Shown piece after piece: positions 36,732 to 50,614 of a stretch of 64,000 nt of DNA. Where the stretch lies: contig NC_045716.1 of the NCBI RefSeq assembly GCF_009834535.1, forward strand, positions 1,240,001 to 1,304,000, given 5' to 3'. Position numbers and translations under genes: made by a program. Positions within the stretch are counted from its first letter, which is position 1. Every line of letters starts with the position of its first letter. The notes below the pieces were generated by a model. The model was not told the DNA's origin, ran no database searches, and worked only from the letters and a program-made list of their open reading frames with translations. Source of the stretch: Camelus ferus. Its lineage: Eukaryota.

Positions 36732-38875
36732 ATTCTCCACGGGGGCTTCACCACCCTTTGGTTTTCCTAATGGGCTATTCATCCGGGTTTGCTCCAGTTT
36801 CTTTTTAGTGTCATGACGGCCATCTAACCAGAGTGGTCTAATGGTCCAAATTAATATATTTCTGACAGGGGAGGAGACTAGGGAAACGAAACCCGAATTC
36901 CCTAGGGTGACTGGAAAATAGGCTTTATGGCAACTGTTAAGATGAACTTCAGTCCAGTCGCCTTGCCCTTCAGCTCATCACCCATGTGACACTGGCTCCC
37001 ACATCAAGGTCGAACAGTATGGCTCGGACTTGTCCGAAGGAAAGGCCGTCCCCACACTGTCACATCAGTAAATGGGTAGACCGGGCGGCCAAGCCAGCGG
37101 GACCGCATCTGGCCTGCTGGGCGCGTTTTATGTCCTAGATGTGACCTTGAAAACTTGAATACGTTCCAAGTTTGGGTGGCTGGGCGGGGAATCAGATCAC
37201 TTAAAATCAATTTAATTGGGCTTTTTCTTTAAAGGCACTGGTCATGAGCCTCCCTGCAAAGTGAGCTTTGCATCTTAGTCCTCCTTATCCGACAGGGATG
37301 GGCGTTTGGGTCTGTCTGAGACGTGGCCTTTGACTCTCGTGGCAGTTGAAGCTCAAAGAGGTGTCTCGTTTGCCATGTGGATATAGTTTGGTAGATACTT
37401 GAGGGTTTGTGTAGATATTTGAGGAAAACCCTCAAACTTTGGCCTTCTTTATTGTGGTCACTTGGGTGGGGGTGCTCTATTTATGAAGATAAATTTAATA
37501 TATAAGGGGTTAGGGCTGGTGTGTGGCTCCTGTCCCAGGGGGTCACGTGCCGTAGGTCAGACTCTCCCTTCCACCTGAGCCTGGGGATGAATTGCAGGTG
37601 TGAGTTTTATGAGTCACTGTTAAGAGGCAGAGCACATTTTTAGGCCAGCAGCTGTCCTTGCCTGGGATTTTCATTCTATTTTGAATTATTTATTTTACAA
37701 AATGTAGGGGAAATGTTTGCAGGAAGAGGCAGCGAAACAGGTGTGCCAAGCTTTCACCGCCCCCTGGGGAGGGGTCAGTGTGGACATCCTGGGTCAGGTC
37801 GGGGATCTGGTGTGGACACCCTGGGTCGGGGATCTGGTTCTCCTGCGTCTCCCAGCCTGACTCTCACAGGGAGGCCTGCTGAGTGGGAGAGTCTGACCTT
37901 CCGGAAACAAACGAGTCTCCGTTGCAGGTGCGAGAACTTGGTTAGAAACAACGGGCTGATCAACTGATGGAAGCCGACAGCCAGGGAAGCCCTGGGAGGC
38001 AGGAGCCCGGGCAGACCGCCTCTCTGCTTTGCTTCTAAGTGGATTTCATGTAAAACGCAGAGCTGGACTGCATCATCTCTTTTACCTCTTCAGCTCCGCC
38101 ATCTGCGATCTTTGGATGTCTCACGATGATTTTTGGTTTATGTTCTTGTGCCCACAAGCAGTAACACTTGGCCTCCAGAAACCCCCTCCCCGGGAACCCC
38201 ATCCACACACGCTCCTCTCTCGGTGTCCTTGGTGTCAGGCTTTGCAGGGCCAGCAACCTGAGCTTCATGCTTTGGGGCAGCACCCGCCGTGGCCTTGCTG
38301 GTGGTACCAAGCTGACTGCCCCCCGGGCAGGGCCCCCGGCTGCAGGGCAAGCGGGCAGCGTCCTCCCACAGAACACCGGCCCCGACCTTCGCTGTTCCCT
38401 TGTGGCTGGTTCTTCTGCGCTGACCAATGAGCCAGCAGGCTGAGGAAGGTGATCTCGGCCGACTCTGATTTTTACTGCTTCGACAAAGCCGGCAGAGCTT
38501 GGCTCTCTTTTTTCCCCCTAGAGAAACAGAAAGACCATCTGGGGAGCTAGCGAAACCCCCAGGCAATTGCTGAGGCGTCCTTGGGTATTTCGTACTTCGT
38601 TTGTGTATTTGACTGTGTGCAAGTGTGTGTGCATTTCATGATTTTTTAACGGGGTGGGCGGAGGCTGAGGCACTGGGAGTGAAGGAGGGTTGAATTGATT
38701 TTTGTGTGGCGTTGTTTAATAGAGAACATTGGTGTGGTTTTGTTTTTTTTTCTTTTTCCCTATCAGCTGGTCTGGTGGGTTTATGAATTCTCATTCTTAA
38801 AAGACGTTGTTCATAAAATCTAGAACTTTAGCTTAGGACTGTTCTACTGTGAATAAAGTTCTGGCTCTGTCAGCC
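36732..38875 (+). other. COLGALT2: Probable COLGALT2 3' UTR with poly(A) signal AATAAA at 38852-38857
   Basis: First AATAAA I found after the stop, preceded by a U/GU-rich tract (about 38700-38760). The end is inferred. Confidence 0.6.
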
Positions 38876-41089
38876 CTGGGTGCTTCTCTCCACTCAGGTC
38901 TAGAATCCCACGCAGTGTTCTTCTGTTGTGAGCGTTGTGAACTGCAGGCCCAGCATTTCTTTCAAAGTCGTCTCTTCAGCACCCCAGGGGTTCCTTGACC
39001 TCATTATCCTTCCCGCCTCCCGCCTGAGAGCCTTAAGTCGGGACATTTGACCGTCGCAGTGTCCGAGGAGGACTCTGCCTCCAGCCACGGCACCTGCTGT
39101 TGGCCTCTGGAGATTAGACTCCGTCTGGACCCCTGCTATCTGGCTCCCTCTCTGTATCTTGAGATCCAAGGTGGGATTTCTGGACGGATGACCCTGACGT
39201 CAGCAGTGCCGGTGCTGCTGAGTGTGGACTGAGTGTCCATGACACGCAGAGGACATGTTGCTTGGGCCTCGCTTGGTTCCCGGGGCCCTGCTGCAGGAAC
39301 TCTGGAAGACAAGACAGAGCCGGCATCCCAGCGTCCTATACAGTCTGTCACGCTGTGTCCTGTCAGGGTGGGGACGTGGTAAACGACTTGCCTTCTAGAG
39401 CTCTTTGTGAAAAATTAAAAAAAAAGAAAGTGCAACACTGTGATGGTCCCTTGGTTCCTCCGACGCTGATCAGCAACCAGCACTGCTGGAGTTCCCAGGT
39501 CTGCACTGGACCAAGGATGTGGGAGGCCAGAGACAACCGTCATGCTGTGCAGCCCCCACGGCAAGAGAGGGTGGCCGCCGGCCTTCCTGTGCAGTGAGGG
39601 GTGCTTTAGATTGCTGGAGAGAAGTGGGGAAGCAAAAAGGGTTCTAGGCTACAGACAGACAGGAGTCCCAGTGGGAGAGGGCGGGGGAGGGAGGGTGCAT
39701 CTTGCGTCTCTGCGTTATTGTTCAGCCTGTCCATTCATCAGAAGACACTGGGATGCTGGTCTAAGGCCAAAGGGCTTTGTCTTGGGGCAAAAAAAAGAGA
39801 ACCCATGTTGGCCTCAGTAATGCCTTGAATTTCAGATCAAGCTCCCCCCAAACCTCAAAAACCAGGTGTCAGCCCTGCCTTGTTTCAGGTCTTGTGCGGG
39901 GCGCTGAGGTGCTCAGAGGTCTGGGAAAGACCCCACCTGCTGTGGGGTCTGTGGTCCAGGGAGCCGCCGTGCAGACTGGATGGCTGTCCTTCAGACTGGA
40001 ACACGGGGCCGTAGGACCCCAGGGAACCCGGCCCTGCTGAGGAGGGCCGCCGGGGGCAGCTTTGCGGGGAAGGTGGCGGTCGTGTTGGGCTTTGGAGCAA
40101 GAATGGGAGTTGAGGAGAGGGAGGGGGGTTGGGCACAGCGGGTGGGAATGCTGTCTGGACATTGGGAAGGTGTGGGACTGAAAGGGCTTCCTGGGGCGGG
40201 GTGGGGAGCTGGGCAGGACCGAAGAGTCAGGAGTGTGTTGGAGTTGATGACAGGAAACAATCCTGAGACCTCATAATGATGGCAAGGGAGCGGGCTCCCC
40301 TCCCACCCTCCCACCCCGGGCTAGCAGGATGACTGCAGAGGCCACTGTTCCTGGGGGAATTCTAGCTCGGGTGACTCTCCTGACAGATGACGCAGAGATT
40401 TCCAATAAGAAGTTGGTGTCGGAAACAAGAAAAAACCCCCTATTCTGCTACACACTTGGGGACCTTTTCCCTTACGGTTGGAACAAATCCCTCGAATCAG
40501 TAACTGTAAAAGGAAGGCGGTCTTCCCGAGAGGCTTCTCCAGCGTGCTTTTGAGACATTCTCTCCAAGTAAGTGGTCTCTGACTGACAAGAAACTAATTC
40601 ACCGAGGAATTAACCAATTACCAAGTCAGTTACCGTGAGGCTGGTCACTTGCTAAGAAAACGGCGTGTCCTGGGTGAGGCGTTCAGAAGGCTCAGCGTGG
40701 GCAGCCTCGGAGGTAATCATTCCGTCCACATTCTGTGTTTATTATTTCACCGAGAACCTTCCTCCCCTGGAGATGCTCTGATTAAACGCAGCAGAGGAGA
40801 GCCCGGAGGAGAGAGCAGTGACCTGTGAGGGGCCGCCTGCGAGCGGGCGGCTGGCAGCCCCGAGTGGATGCAGGGCGGCTGGGGCAAGGGCGAGAGCATG
40901 GCCTGTGGGGACCAGTACGTCATTCTGTTTTTTGTCTTTGCTTGGAAATGGCTGGTTTCAGTATATCGTGTTACAACAGATTACATAAAAAATGGTTTCT
41001 CTTCTCACACACACAGATCGAGGGCGATGGCTTGCATTTCAGCACAAAGAGTTTAGGTGAGCTTTCGGGGAGAATTTGACGGAATTATT

Positions 41090-41129
41090 AGACGAGATCG
41101 GGTGTGTTCAGGGTGGTATGGCCGTAGAC
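41090..41129 (-). pseudogene. 5S rRNA 5'-fragment retropseudogene (first 40 nt) with 14-bp TSD
   Basis: Minus strand GTCTACGGCCATACCACCCTGAACACACCCGATCTCGTCT equals mammalian 5S nt 1-40 with two G>A changes; flanked by tgac(g/a)gaattatta at 41077-41090 and 41130-41143. Confidence 0.93.
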
Positions 41130-44100
41130 TGACAGAATTATTAAATACTGAACGGGATTCCCAGGCAAGTGGTGGAATGGCTCCATTAAACTCTGTTGTT
41201 GAGCTGGAGAGAGGCTTCCTTTCTGGTCTGCGACTTTGCCTGGAACGGTCTGTCTTCGCCTCCACCCGCAGGTGCACGGTACTGAGACCACCTTAGCTCA
41301 GGTCCCTCCCGCCACCCCAGCCAGGCTGCTCGCAGTCCAAAGCCATCCTCCCGTCAGCCCTCAAAAGGGATGGAAAGAATGAAGGGTCATCTCCGAGCAC
41401 TGGTTTCTCTTTGCTTTTAATTTACTGAGTTTATTTTTCTGCCCCTCCCTGGAGTTTCTTCAGCGTGTCTTCCTCTGGAATGGGTACTTAACCAGATCTC
41501 CATGTCGGGACACACAGCCCCTGCTGGTCCCGAGGCGGCTCCTCTGCATGCTTCCGCTCTGGGGGAGGCTGGACAGAACCTGGGCTCTTGGTCGTCGGGG
41601 AACTTGATTTTCAGGATACCGGGCAGCCCTCTCTCTCCGTTCTTCAGAGCAGCTTAGGAAATAACTCATGCCAAGGTGTCCTCTCCTGAGGGGAATCAGC
41701 AGTTTGGGGAAGACCCCCAGACGAGTTGAAATGTCCGTGCTGACGGTGTGGTCGGAAGGGTTTTAACTTTTTTACGATGCCAGCATGAATTGTGAAGACT
41801 TGAAGGGGTATCACTGTTCAGGATGGACCCAGGGAGGAAGCCATGCCCACAGCTGAGCGGGGAGGGGGCAGCTGAGGGTTGCAGGCCACGGGGAATTAGT
41901 AGGGAGAGGAGAGAGGTGGCTTCCAGGGCACAGCACACGGATGCGAGTCCAGGAGCAAGGGCAGGGGGTAAGAAAACAGATTCAGGCCCAACAGTGGAGA
42001 AGTGAGGTCAGTTCATAGATCAGAAGGGAGGGACCCAGAGGGGAAAAAAATAGTAGAAGGGAGGCTTGGAACGGAAGGGACAACCCTGGTCCCTAAAGTG
42101 ACTATTTTATCCTTGCAAACCTGCCACGATGGGAGAGGCTAAGGTGGAAGGGCACCGAACAGCCTGCTAAGGAACAGCTGGGCTGTCCAGCGCCCCCAGT
42201 GTCTGGAACAGCAGCAACTCACAGTCCTGCATGTGAGTCCTCCCGGGACAGAGCGAGAGTCGGAGCGGAGAGCCCCATCCTGCCAGGAAGGATCCAGGTC
42301 CAGGTGGACCCAGGAGCGGGGGCTTGGCTTCTGGTGAGAAAACTGTCCCCCCACAACTGCAGAGGGAACCCGAGAAGGTGGGGACGCTACGGGGAACGGC
42401 CGCAGGCTCTGGGCGGGCTGCTCCAGCTCAGGGCTGCGCCCCGGGGGGCCCGGGGCTCCCTTCCAAGCCTGTCCAGTGTGGGCCCCGTGCAGCCGCAGCC
42501 CTGCCAGGAGGCGCTGTGGTCAGGGCCACGCTGGGCCCACGTGCCCCTCTCGGTGGGCCTCTGGGCCACGGCTGTGGAGCGAGCGGAGCCCTGGCTGTCC
42601 TCCAACTCCGTGAGTCAGTCCTTCCCCAGAGCAGCAGCAGCGCGACTTTCCCAGGGTTGCTGTTCAAGCGCCTGAAGTCCCGCCTCCGAGGGGTCCTGTC
42701 CCCCCTGCAGCCGCTCAGCGGGGAGGGAAGCTGGACTCCCTCCTCCCAGGCCAGGAGCATCCCAGCAATGGCAGCGGCGAACTCGCACAGGGAGCGCAGG
42801 GCGGGGCTGCTCCCTTCACCTGGGCTGTGTCATCTCCTACCACGTGAACCTCAGAAGGTGGGAACAGTGATTGAACCTCACTTTTTAGACGGGGCAACAG
42901 CTAGATGTAATGACTTGCCTAAGACAGTAAGTGGCCTGGGAGCCAGAACCAGGCAGGCAGATCCCGCCCACACCTACCTGCATCCACGCAGAGCTGCTGG
43001 GGAGTCTGTCCCGTTTCTTGTCCTCTGATAGCTAATGTTTCCATCCGTCTCCTGCTTCCTTTTCACACACACAATCTGATATATGAATAAGCTTGCAACT
43101 CTAACCCTTTTGTTTACGTCTCACCTATGAAATCTCATACACTGATTTTTTTTCAGCTGAGCAGCCTGATTCCCTGACATTTTGCTGGAGGCTTGGATGT
43201 CAAATATCGTATAGACAATGATCCGAAGTGGGCATCTGGGGGCGAGGTGACAGTCTCAGAGTGCTTCTCCCAGTTTGAAACTGGTGCCTTGTTATTTTTA
43301 TTGAAGGCTGGAGCAATCCAGAAACAGTTTAAACCACTCACTGTCTTTTCTTTTTTTCAACTTGATTTACCAGTAGCCTCTGTGTAAGAGATTGGCACTA
43401 CAGCACAAAATGTTGCTTTGGGGTGAAACAGAGGTGGGAATAAAAATGATTTCTCCTGAGAAGCGTGTGACAAAGTTCTTGGTACTGATAACTCAGTAGA
43501 GAGAGGCCAAGCCAGGTGTGCTCACGCCTCAGTCACGTCCACTCCTTTAAACTCGCTCGCATCCTGCTTTCCATCCACCCGACCCCAGGCCGGCTGCGTC
43601 ATGGAGTTCTCCTAGCTGGGCGCCGAGTCACAGTGTAACACTGATCCTTAAGGCCCGTCTCCCCAGAATGACGCTCAAGATAAGAAGCCACAGTGCTTCC
43701 TCCAGCAGGAGAGCTGTCCTTGGAAACTTTAAAGAATTGACCAGATGCCCATTGTGTAAATTCACACGATTGGACGCCTGGGGATCGGCACCAGACCCCA
43801 GGCATTCTCTTCAGCCCCAGGAGGCTGTGTATGTGTCAGGAAAGCCCAGCCCAGCGTGACACCCTCACGGTGGGGTTTGGTAGCTCAGAGCCCAGCCCTC
43901 ACCTGTGGCAGCTAAACTGCTCTGCCACAGGCTGGGGATCTGTCACATGAGGGGGTCGACTACATGATTTGTAAGATGCCTTCCAACTCTGAGGAATCCC
44001 TGTGTATTTAACTTTTCTTACAACTGTCAAATAAATGAATTACTTAAACACAGTCTTCTGGGTAGAAATGTTGAGAATCCACAGCAAATGGTGGTTTTTC

Positions 44101-45759
44101 AATTTGGAGTCTAAGATAACTAAACCTGCCTGGTTTCTGTTTGATTGCACGGCTTGTGTGTAAACACTTTCAATTTCCTAGATTTTTAAAAAAACTTGAC
44201 CTACATCTACATCTGTAAAGCAGCTTGTAGTTTAGTCAAAGCGGGGACCACATTAGAAGCATATAAATTGGTGGTGACCACATGTTAAAAATTAAAAATT
44301 AGATTCTGTAAGGCTAACCTGAACCCAAATTAAATTACTCTCTGGTATGTTCTCCTCCTTTGAGCATCTCTTCCGTCAACCCTTCCTGTGCTCTGTGCAG
44401 CCCCTGTCTCGGTCCTCGCTGCCAACTCTTCCTAACACCATGTGACTGTGGGGATGCGAGCAAGGCCAGCACTCTAGTGAGAAGACAGAACTCCTCTGTG
44501 CAGAGACGGAGGTGCACGTCCACTCCAGGGGTCCCCTGCGCTGAGGGCGGGGCCGAGGACTGGCCAACGGGCTGGGAATGGAAGTGACAGGTCACTCAAA
44601 TCTAAGTCAGTCAGGAGCATCTGTGGGTTCTCTCTCCCAACATTGTGACTTGAAGGAAAAAAATCTGAGATGGCAGAGCCACTAAGGAGTGCTGCCTGAC
44701 GTGCACGACTTGCGACCTGGTGAAAAGCAAAACGGCAAGTTACTGGGATTCCATGGTTTGTTACTTCAGCCTAGCCTAATGCGCCCCTTCCGGAAGTTTC
44801 ACTGTAACGGAGACCCGAAGGGAAACAGCCATGCAAACCACAATGGCGACCCCTTCTCACAGGGGAACCGTGGAAACCGCCAGGTGTAACTGGCGGCATT
44901 GCAGTGGCTCTGTCCAAAAGGGGACTGGCGTCAGGGAAGCTTCTCGACACCACTGAAACCAGGACATGGAACAGTACTGTGCCTCTCAGTGGCCCTGCGC
45001 TGCAAATCTGAAGTCTCCAAAGAAGGACATTTTAAGGCACTCTTCCTTCAGGCAAAGTCACCAAGCTCAATTTCTGGAGAAAGGCAAAACAAGGAAAACC
45101 ATTGTCTCAAATGACCTTACAAATAGTCACCTAGTGCCAAAGATAGAAATCCCTCTTTCCTGCCCATATTACCAATTATTAAAATACCTACTTGGCTCTC
45201 TCCAAAAGCCCCATGGGCCCAGAAAATTTGATAATTTGCCTCCATTTAGGAATGCATTTTTTTGGCAGTAATATAATGGAATGACAGCGCGCATCTGTTG
45301 AGGGAAGCTGGCCTCAGTCCGACCGCCTTTTGGGAAGCCCTTCTCTCCTCCCCCAACCCCAAACCCCCGGCGTCCAGAGCACGGTGGATGGTTTCAAGAA
45401 TTATGCAGATGGTCACAAATGGAGACTCAGGAAAAGGCTGTCAGAAGCAAGGCAAAGTATGCCCTGGGAGCTGAACTCTTAAGTTTGACTTTATCTGAAG
45501 TGTCCCCAACCACACGGCTGCTAAGAACAGCTCCGGCAAGGTGTCACCTCTGATGGCCGTTCCCTGTGACGTCACTCTCTCCCCTGCATGCACAGGACGC
45601 TTGCCAGTGGAGAGGCGCCCTCCTAACGCTGCCGCTGGCTCTCCCTCTGCTCCCCACAGCCGAGCCAGAGTGGGCCTCCAGAACGCTCACTGACACATCC
45701 GGAACCCGGATCCACCAGATTCACATTCCAGACCCCTCGGGGCCTGGCAGCACATGCCA

Positions 45760-47955
45760 ACCAAGACCCAGACCAGTTTATTAATTTAACCAGAAGGTAA
45801 ACAGATGATGGAGACAGACAAGCGTGTGAGCAGGTAAAAGCATGACCTGGCTGGCCCCCAGGAGACAAACTTAAGACAATTAAAGTGGCATTAAATAAAT
45901 GATGCTATGTTTTTATCTACTTGGAATTTCCATTGTCTTTAAAAAAGGAAAAATACATATATATTTTACATTGCAGCGTATAAGTCTGGATTCTACATAT
46001 ACAGTATAAATACATGTGGCAAGCACACGGGAACAACATGTATGTCTTGGTAGCCACACCCTAAACAGGCTGATGGGTCCACATTTCTTTTTTGACTTTC
46101 AAACCAAGAAATTCAGGCTGAGGCTACGTTTACTTCAATCTCTGTGATGTATAGCACCCTGGCCATCTCTTTTCCAAGAACCAAAGCGCAATTCGGACCA
46201 AGCCTCACGAGTGGAAAAAGTGCTTTTCAACTTAGTTGAAACCAGTCGATCTTCACGACGCACAGTCTGATCTAGGAAGACCTAAGAGAAACCTGAGGCC
46301 TTCCTGGCTCACTCTCACCCTTTGGCCCACTGACACAAATCTCTGACTTTCCCTGGTGTTTCTAGCAGACTTCGTATGGCCTATTTACGCAACACAAATC
46401 TCCCCTAACCTTTGGGAGCTGTCTTACAGGACGGGGGAAAGAAAGCTCCACATTACAATCTGCACGTCATATCTGGGTTCGTTCTTTATTTTTGGAATAA
46501 AAACTGGTATTCTGAGAATTTTTTCTTAAAAAGGACAACATTCTGAAAGTGCTTGTTACACACGTCAACATCCCGCACGTATGGCTTTGTAGTTCAAACC
46601 CCAGCACAGCTCAGATTCGGAAGGGAGAGGGTGATGGTGTAACTCGAGACCGAAGTGTCACTTAACAATGACACCGTGACACCCAGCATGGGAACCTGAA
46701 AACAAAAGTTACGGGTTCCATCTGGAAGAATGTACCTCTTTAGGAATGATCTGGATAAGCCACGGAGCCCCACTCCTCTCCCCGCGACCAGGCACAGGAA
46801 TGCCATCGACGTGAACGAGCACAGACAGGGCCCTGCTGTCGGCAGGGAGCGTCTGCCCAGGGGCTACTGACGCAGCAAATCACCGTTCAGACACACCGCA
46901 CAGGCTCGTGTGATCAGAGTCAACTGCAGTACAAATGTCTACACCTGAGGAACAGATTGCACATAATACAGAGGGCCTGCAATGCAGATGGCAAGAGACT
47001 GCAGACGTGGTGTCACATGCAAAGGGCCATCGGAGAAGACAGTGGGGTAGTGGCATTCTGCGGCAGCCCAGAGTCCGGGTGAGTCACCGTTCTTGTGCGC
47101 TGTCTTTTCTGGCTGATTGGTTACCAAAGAACATGGCTGTCTGTGCAATAATGATGGTGATAATGCTATTTAAGGGGAGAAACGCAGTGCGGTGGCCAGA
47201 GATCAAGATGGGCTTCGCGCTGCCTCCAGAGGCGTCAGGACGGCTGGCCCGGCGGGTCACGGGCCTCCGCAGCTGCCCCTCGCCCTCCCTGGGGGGGGCA
47301 GACAGTGGCCGACGCGAGCACAGGTCACAAGCCACTGGCTCATAGAAACCCTTTCTGCAGTGGCCTTTCGTCCAGCCCATGGCAGCTCCCGCCTCTGTGG
47401 CTGCTCTTGTCTGGTGGCACATGACTGAGAAAGTAACCCTCCCCCTTTACAAAAATAGCTTGGACTTCTTGTAACACAGGCACAAAGGACACGCTGTACT
47501 CCTGGGGTTGATTCCATTTACTTGGAAGGTATGAGACTAGGGTTCTCAGTTTCTTCTATTTCCCTGTAAAAAGTGACCTCGACTTCCCAGGCCATTGTGC
47601 AAATTTGGTTTTCCATTGTCCAGAACCTCCCATAAGCCCCTCATATTTATATATCTATATATACACATACCTACCAAATATGTGTACATACCTATATATT
47701 TATAAACATGGATAATTCTGCATTTCAGTCAAACAAGTCAACGAGAATCAGCGAATCGTTCATCCTTCTCATTCACATTCGTCTCCGATTTCCCCACGGT
47801 GCCTCTCAAGAATGCCCTGCACACCAGAGGTTCTCAGTAAATATCTGTTGACTTCACCAACGATCCGCTAACGCTGGGTGGCAGCTGCGACCACCACGGC
47901 CTGACCTCGGCCCCGCGCCTGCCCTCGGCGAGGAAGCGGCGCTCGGCGCCTCCGT
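45760..47955 (-). other. RGL1: Probable RGL1 3' UTR; AATAAA on minus at 45777-45782, possible proximal AATAAA at 46485-46490, Pumilio-type UGUAUAUA at 47658-47665
   Basis: Motifs seen directly; AU-rich blocks near 45900-46010 and 47640-47710. The end is inferred. Confidence 0.6.
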
Positions 47956-48143
47956 TCAGAGGGTGATCTTGCTGTGCCGGCTGCCCCAGCAGCCCCGCCT
48001 AGCTGTCCTGGGCAACGTCAGGCTGGTCCGGCTGCGCAGCTTCACTTGCTCCTCCACAGAGTTCTTTTTGCGTAAAATGAAGTCGAAGTTCACTTGGCTG
48101 TTCATGGCGTAGAAGACGTTCGCCGAGTCTGGGATCACGAGTT
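47956..48143 (-). CDS. RGL1: RGL1 terminal coding exon, ELVIPDSANVFYAM...RHSKITL-stop
   Basis: T-tract+ag|AACTC; TGA at 47958-47956; RalGDS-family RA domain end (ANVFYAM, FILRKK). Confidence 0.97.
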
Positions 48144-50614
48144 CTAAAAAAAAAAAGATAAGGAAAGAGGAGGTGGTCGGCTTGTGCGGCTTGTGCGGGA
48201 CGGCCCAGCCCTGAGCGCGGCGGGTGGGAGCTGCGGCCAGGCGCACGGCTGGGTCTAGGGCCCTCTGCCCCTGGGACGGGAACGGAGCCAGACAGAGACC
48301 ACCCCTCGCTCCCCCCAGATCCTAGTCCCGGTTTTAAAAACCTAAGTGTGAATACAATACAATCTTAGAAATTCAAGCCACGGACTGAATGTCCAAATGC
48401 AGACTGTTTTAGCGAGAACGAAGCAGGCACGAAACAGGGGCCGAGAGAAGTGAGGCGACACTCCCAGGACGCAGCCGTAGGTGGCAGCCCTGGGGCCAGA
48501 GCCCAGTTTCCTTCCTCTGGGCTCCATTTTCTACTCTGCTATGAAGGTTTTCTCACCACCTAAGTGAATCCAATGATGCAGGGAAAAGGCAGAAAGTCTA
48601 CAGCTCTTTCCAGAACCCTCTACTTGGAATATCAAAATATTTTTTAAGTTAACCCCAAATTAAACCAGTATTTACACCATACGAGGCCTTGCTCCACCAA
48701 GAGCTTACACTTGAATATAAACAAGACAGTGAGGATCTGTAACATTTAAACTGTCGTCGGCTTCAACGGCTCCCATCGAGGCAGCTGCAATTCCTGAACA
48801 AGGGTTAAAATTCCAAGTATAATATGAACTTACTGAATAAAGCGACTTATATTCATTTGTATTTTTAAAAGAAGGTCTATATACTATTTAGCACTCAGAG
48901 GTAATGGGTATCTAAAAACACAAACAAGAAATAAAGAAAATAAAACCACAAGCCTGGCTCTGCGGCAGTGGAGGGAGGGAGGGAACCGGCGGAGGCACCT
49001 GACTGCGGAACTGGTTAAGTCAACCAAGTCAGCTTCATGAAACACAGATTCTACAGCGAGACTGGTGCAGTCAGGTCCTAAGTGACTCTGGTGCATTTTG
49101 CACAAATGTTCCTTGAAGAAGAACTCTGTTAAAGTGTCCTCAGCCTCCTGCCCACACACTCCCGGCTCAGCAGCTGCTCACTCCCAGCTGCGTATCAGTT
49201 AGCACACCTCCTCTCGGGCACGTTATTTCCTGTCGCACTCGCCCCACAATGCACGGGGAGCCGGCAGGGTGTTGTCTCAGTTTAACCAAGGACCCAGGCC
49301 CGGGGAGGTCAGGCGGCCCACCTGATGGACACCACACAGCTGGTGGACGCGGCTGGGCCCCGGCCACACTTTGGGGCTCCTGCATCTTCAGACCCACCGG
49401 CCCCACCTTAGCGCTGGTTTGTAGGCAAGATGGTAAAACTCAGGAGCCCACTCTTTACGCTCAGCCTTTCAACAGTAACTACATTAAACAAACATCTTAC
49501 AGCTGAGAAAGGTTTGTCCCCCACCCAGGTCGGGCTCAGCTGGGTCAGGGAGAAAACTTCCGAGAGGGAGTTGGTTGAAAAAGAATCTTCTCAGAGGCCA
49601 TCGCTTTTCAGCTCTAGGAAATCACTGCTCTGTGCTTTCAGCTCCCTCCTCTGGGCCCAAGTTACAGCCCCGGGTGACCTGTGGGTCAGATGGCGCGTGA
49701 ACAGCCGCTTCCTTCCCACACGCCCAGCTTGTGTGAGGTGTGTCCACTGCAGGGGGGCCGCCCGTGGGTCAGCCCTACATTAGGACCCTCGCACTGGCCA
49801 GTGTTGGGTCTGTCAGTAGACAGGGTTGGCCTCAGTCAACAGTATTTGCTGCTCCTTTTGCACGTGGAAAAGAGACTTACTCTGACTGAGTCACTTTCCA
49901 TGATGACACAGCACAGACGGGTCACCAACCAGCATGCCTGCTCCGCTCACCAAATGTAACCCCAGTTCAGGGTAGCAAGTAGATACGATCAGGGTGATTC
50001 TTTGCCCAGAGTTTTCATTTAAAAAAAAAAATCTTTAAATAATGGATTCCTAGCAAAGCGAAGCATTTCACAGCTCACCAGTTCTTTGCCTCAGTAAGTA
50101 TGAGGCAACCTCACAAAAGAACCCCTTCAAATTCTGGTGTTAGAAGCTTTCGCTGCACTAAGATGGATCGTGAATAAGGCCAAACTGTCATAAATGGTTA
50201 ACCAAGACCACGTGAAATTATCACAGGACCTGCTACATTTCAGGATCGCACGCAGCCTAGACACACATCATGGGGTAAAGGAGGTGCGTGCCCATCTGCA
50301 AAGACCCAGCAGCGCCCGCTGACCCCCCACCTCCTGACGCAGGGAGGGACCTCTTCCTCCAAGAACGCTCGACAAGGGAAGTTTACAAAGAAGCGGAGGA
50401 GGGATGTGCAACAAAATTGCAGGAAAAAAACCCCAAGGGTTGTTGGGGGTCAACTGAGATGCTTAATTCTACAAGTGAGGGCATGGCATGGGCCCCCACA
50501 CAACTCCACCCTTGCCCAACTGAAAACCCTGACTTGGTTCCATTTGAAAAAGACACTGTAGCCATTTTCGGTCTTCTGACACAGGGGCAGCCCACCCAGA
50601 GAGGACGCACCCAC

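Noticed and set aside
36878-36905. 8-bp hairpin CTAGGGAA/TTCCCTAG in the COLGALT2 3' UTR
   Set aside because: Too short for a pre-miRNA, lacks SECIS or IRE motifs, and is expected by chance.
40560-40800. TAAT/ATTA-rich block that looks like an enhancer
   Set aside because: Motifs are short, and conservation cannot be assessed without an alignment.
42199-43028. Overlapping 158-aa and 234-aa ORFs in the intergenic region
   Set aside because: Very GC-rich, so stops are rare; low-complexity A/G/P/R composition, no domain similarity, non-ATG starts and no splice structure.
43146-43387. Strong T-tract AG acceptor followed by a 64-aa ORF, considered as an alternative COLGALT2 last exon
   Set aside because: Splicing from exon 11 gives an immediate stop (GT|C TGA), and the ORF frame has a stop at 43175; nothing further supports it.
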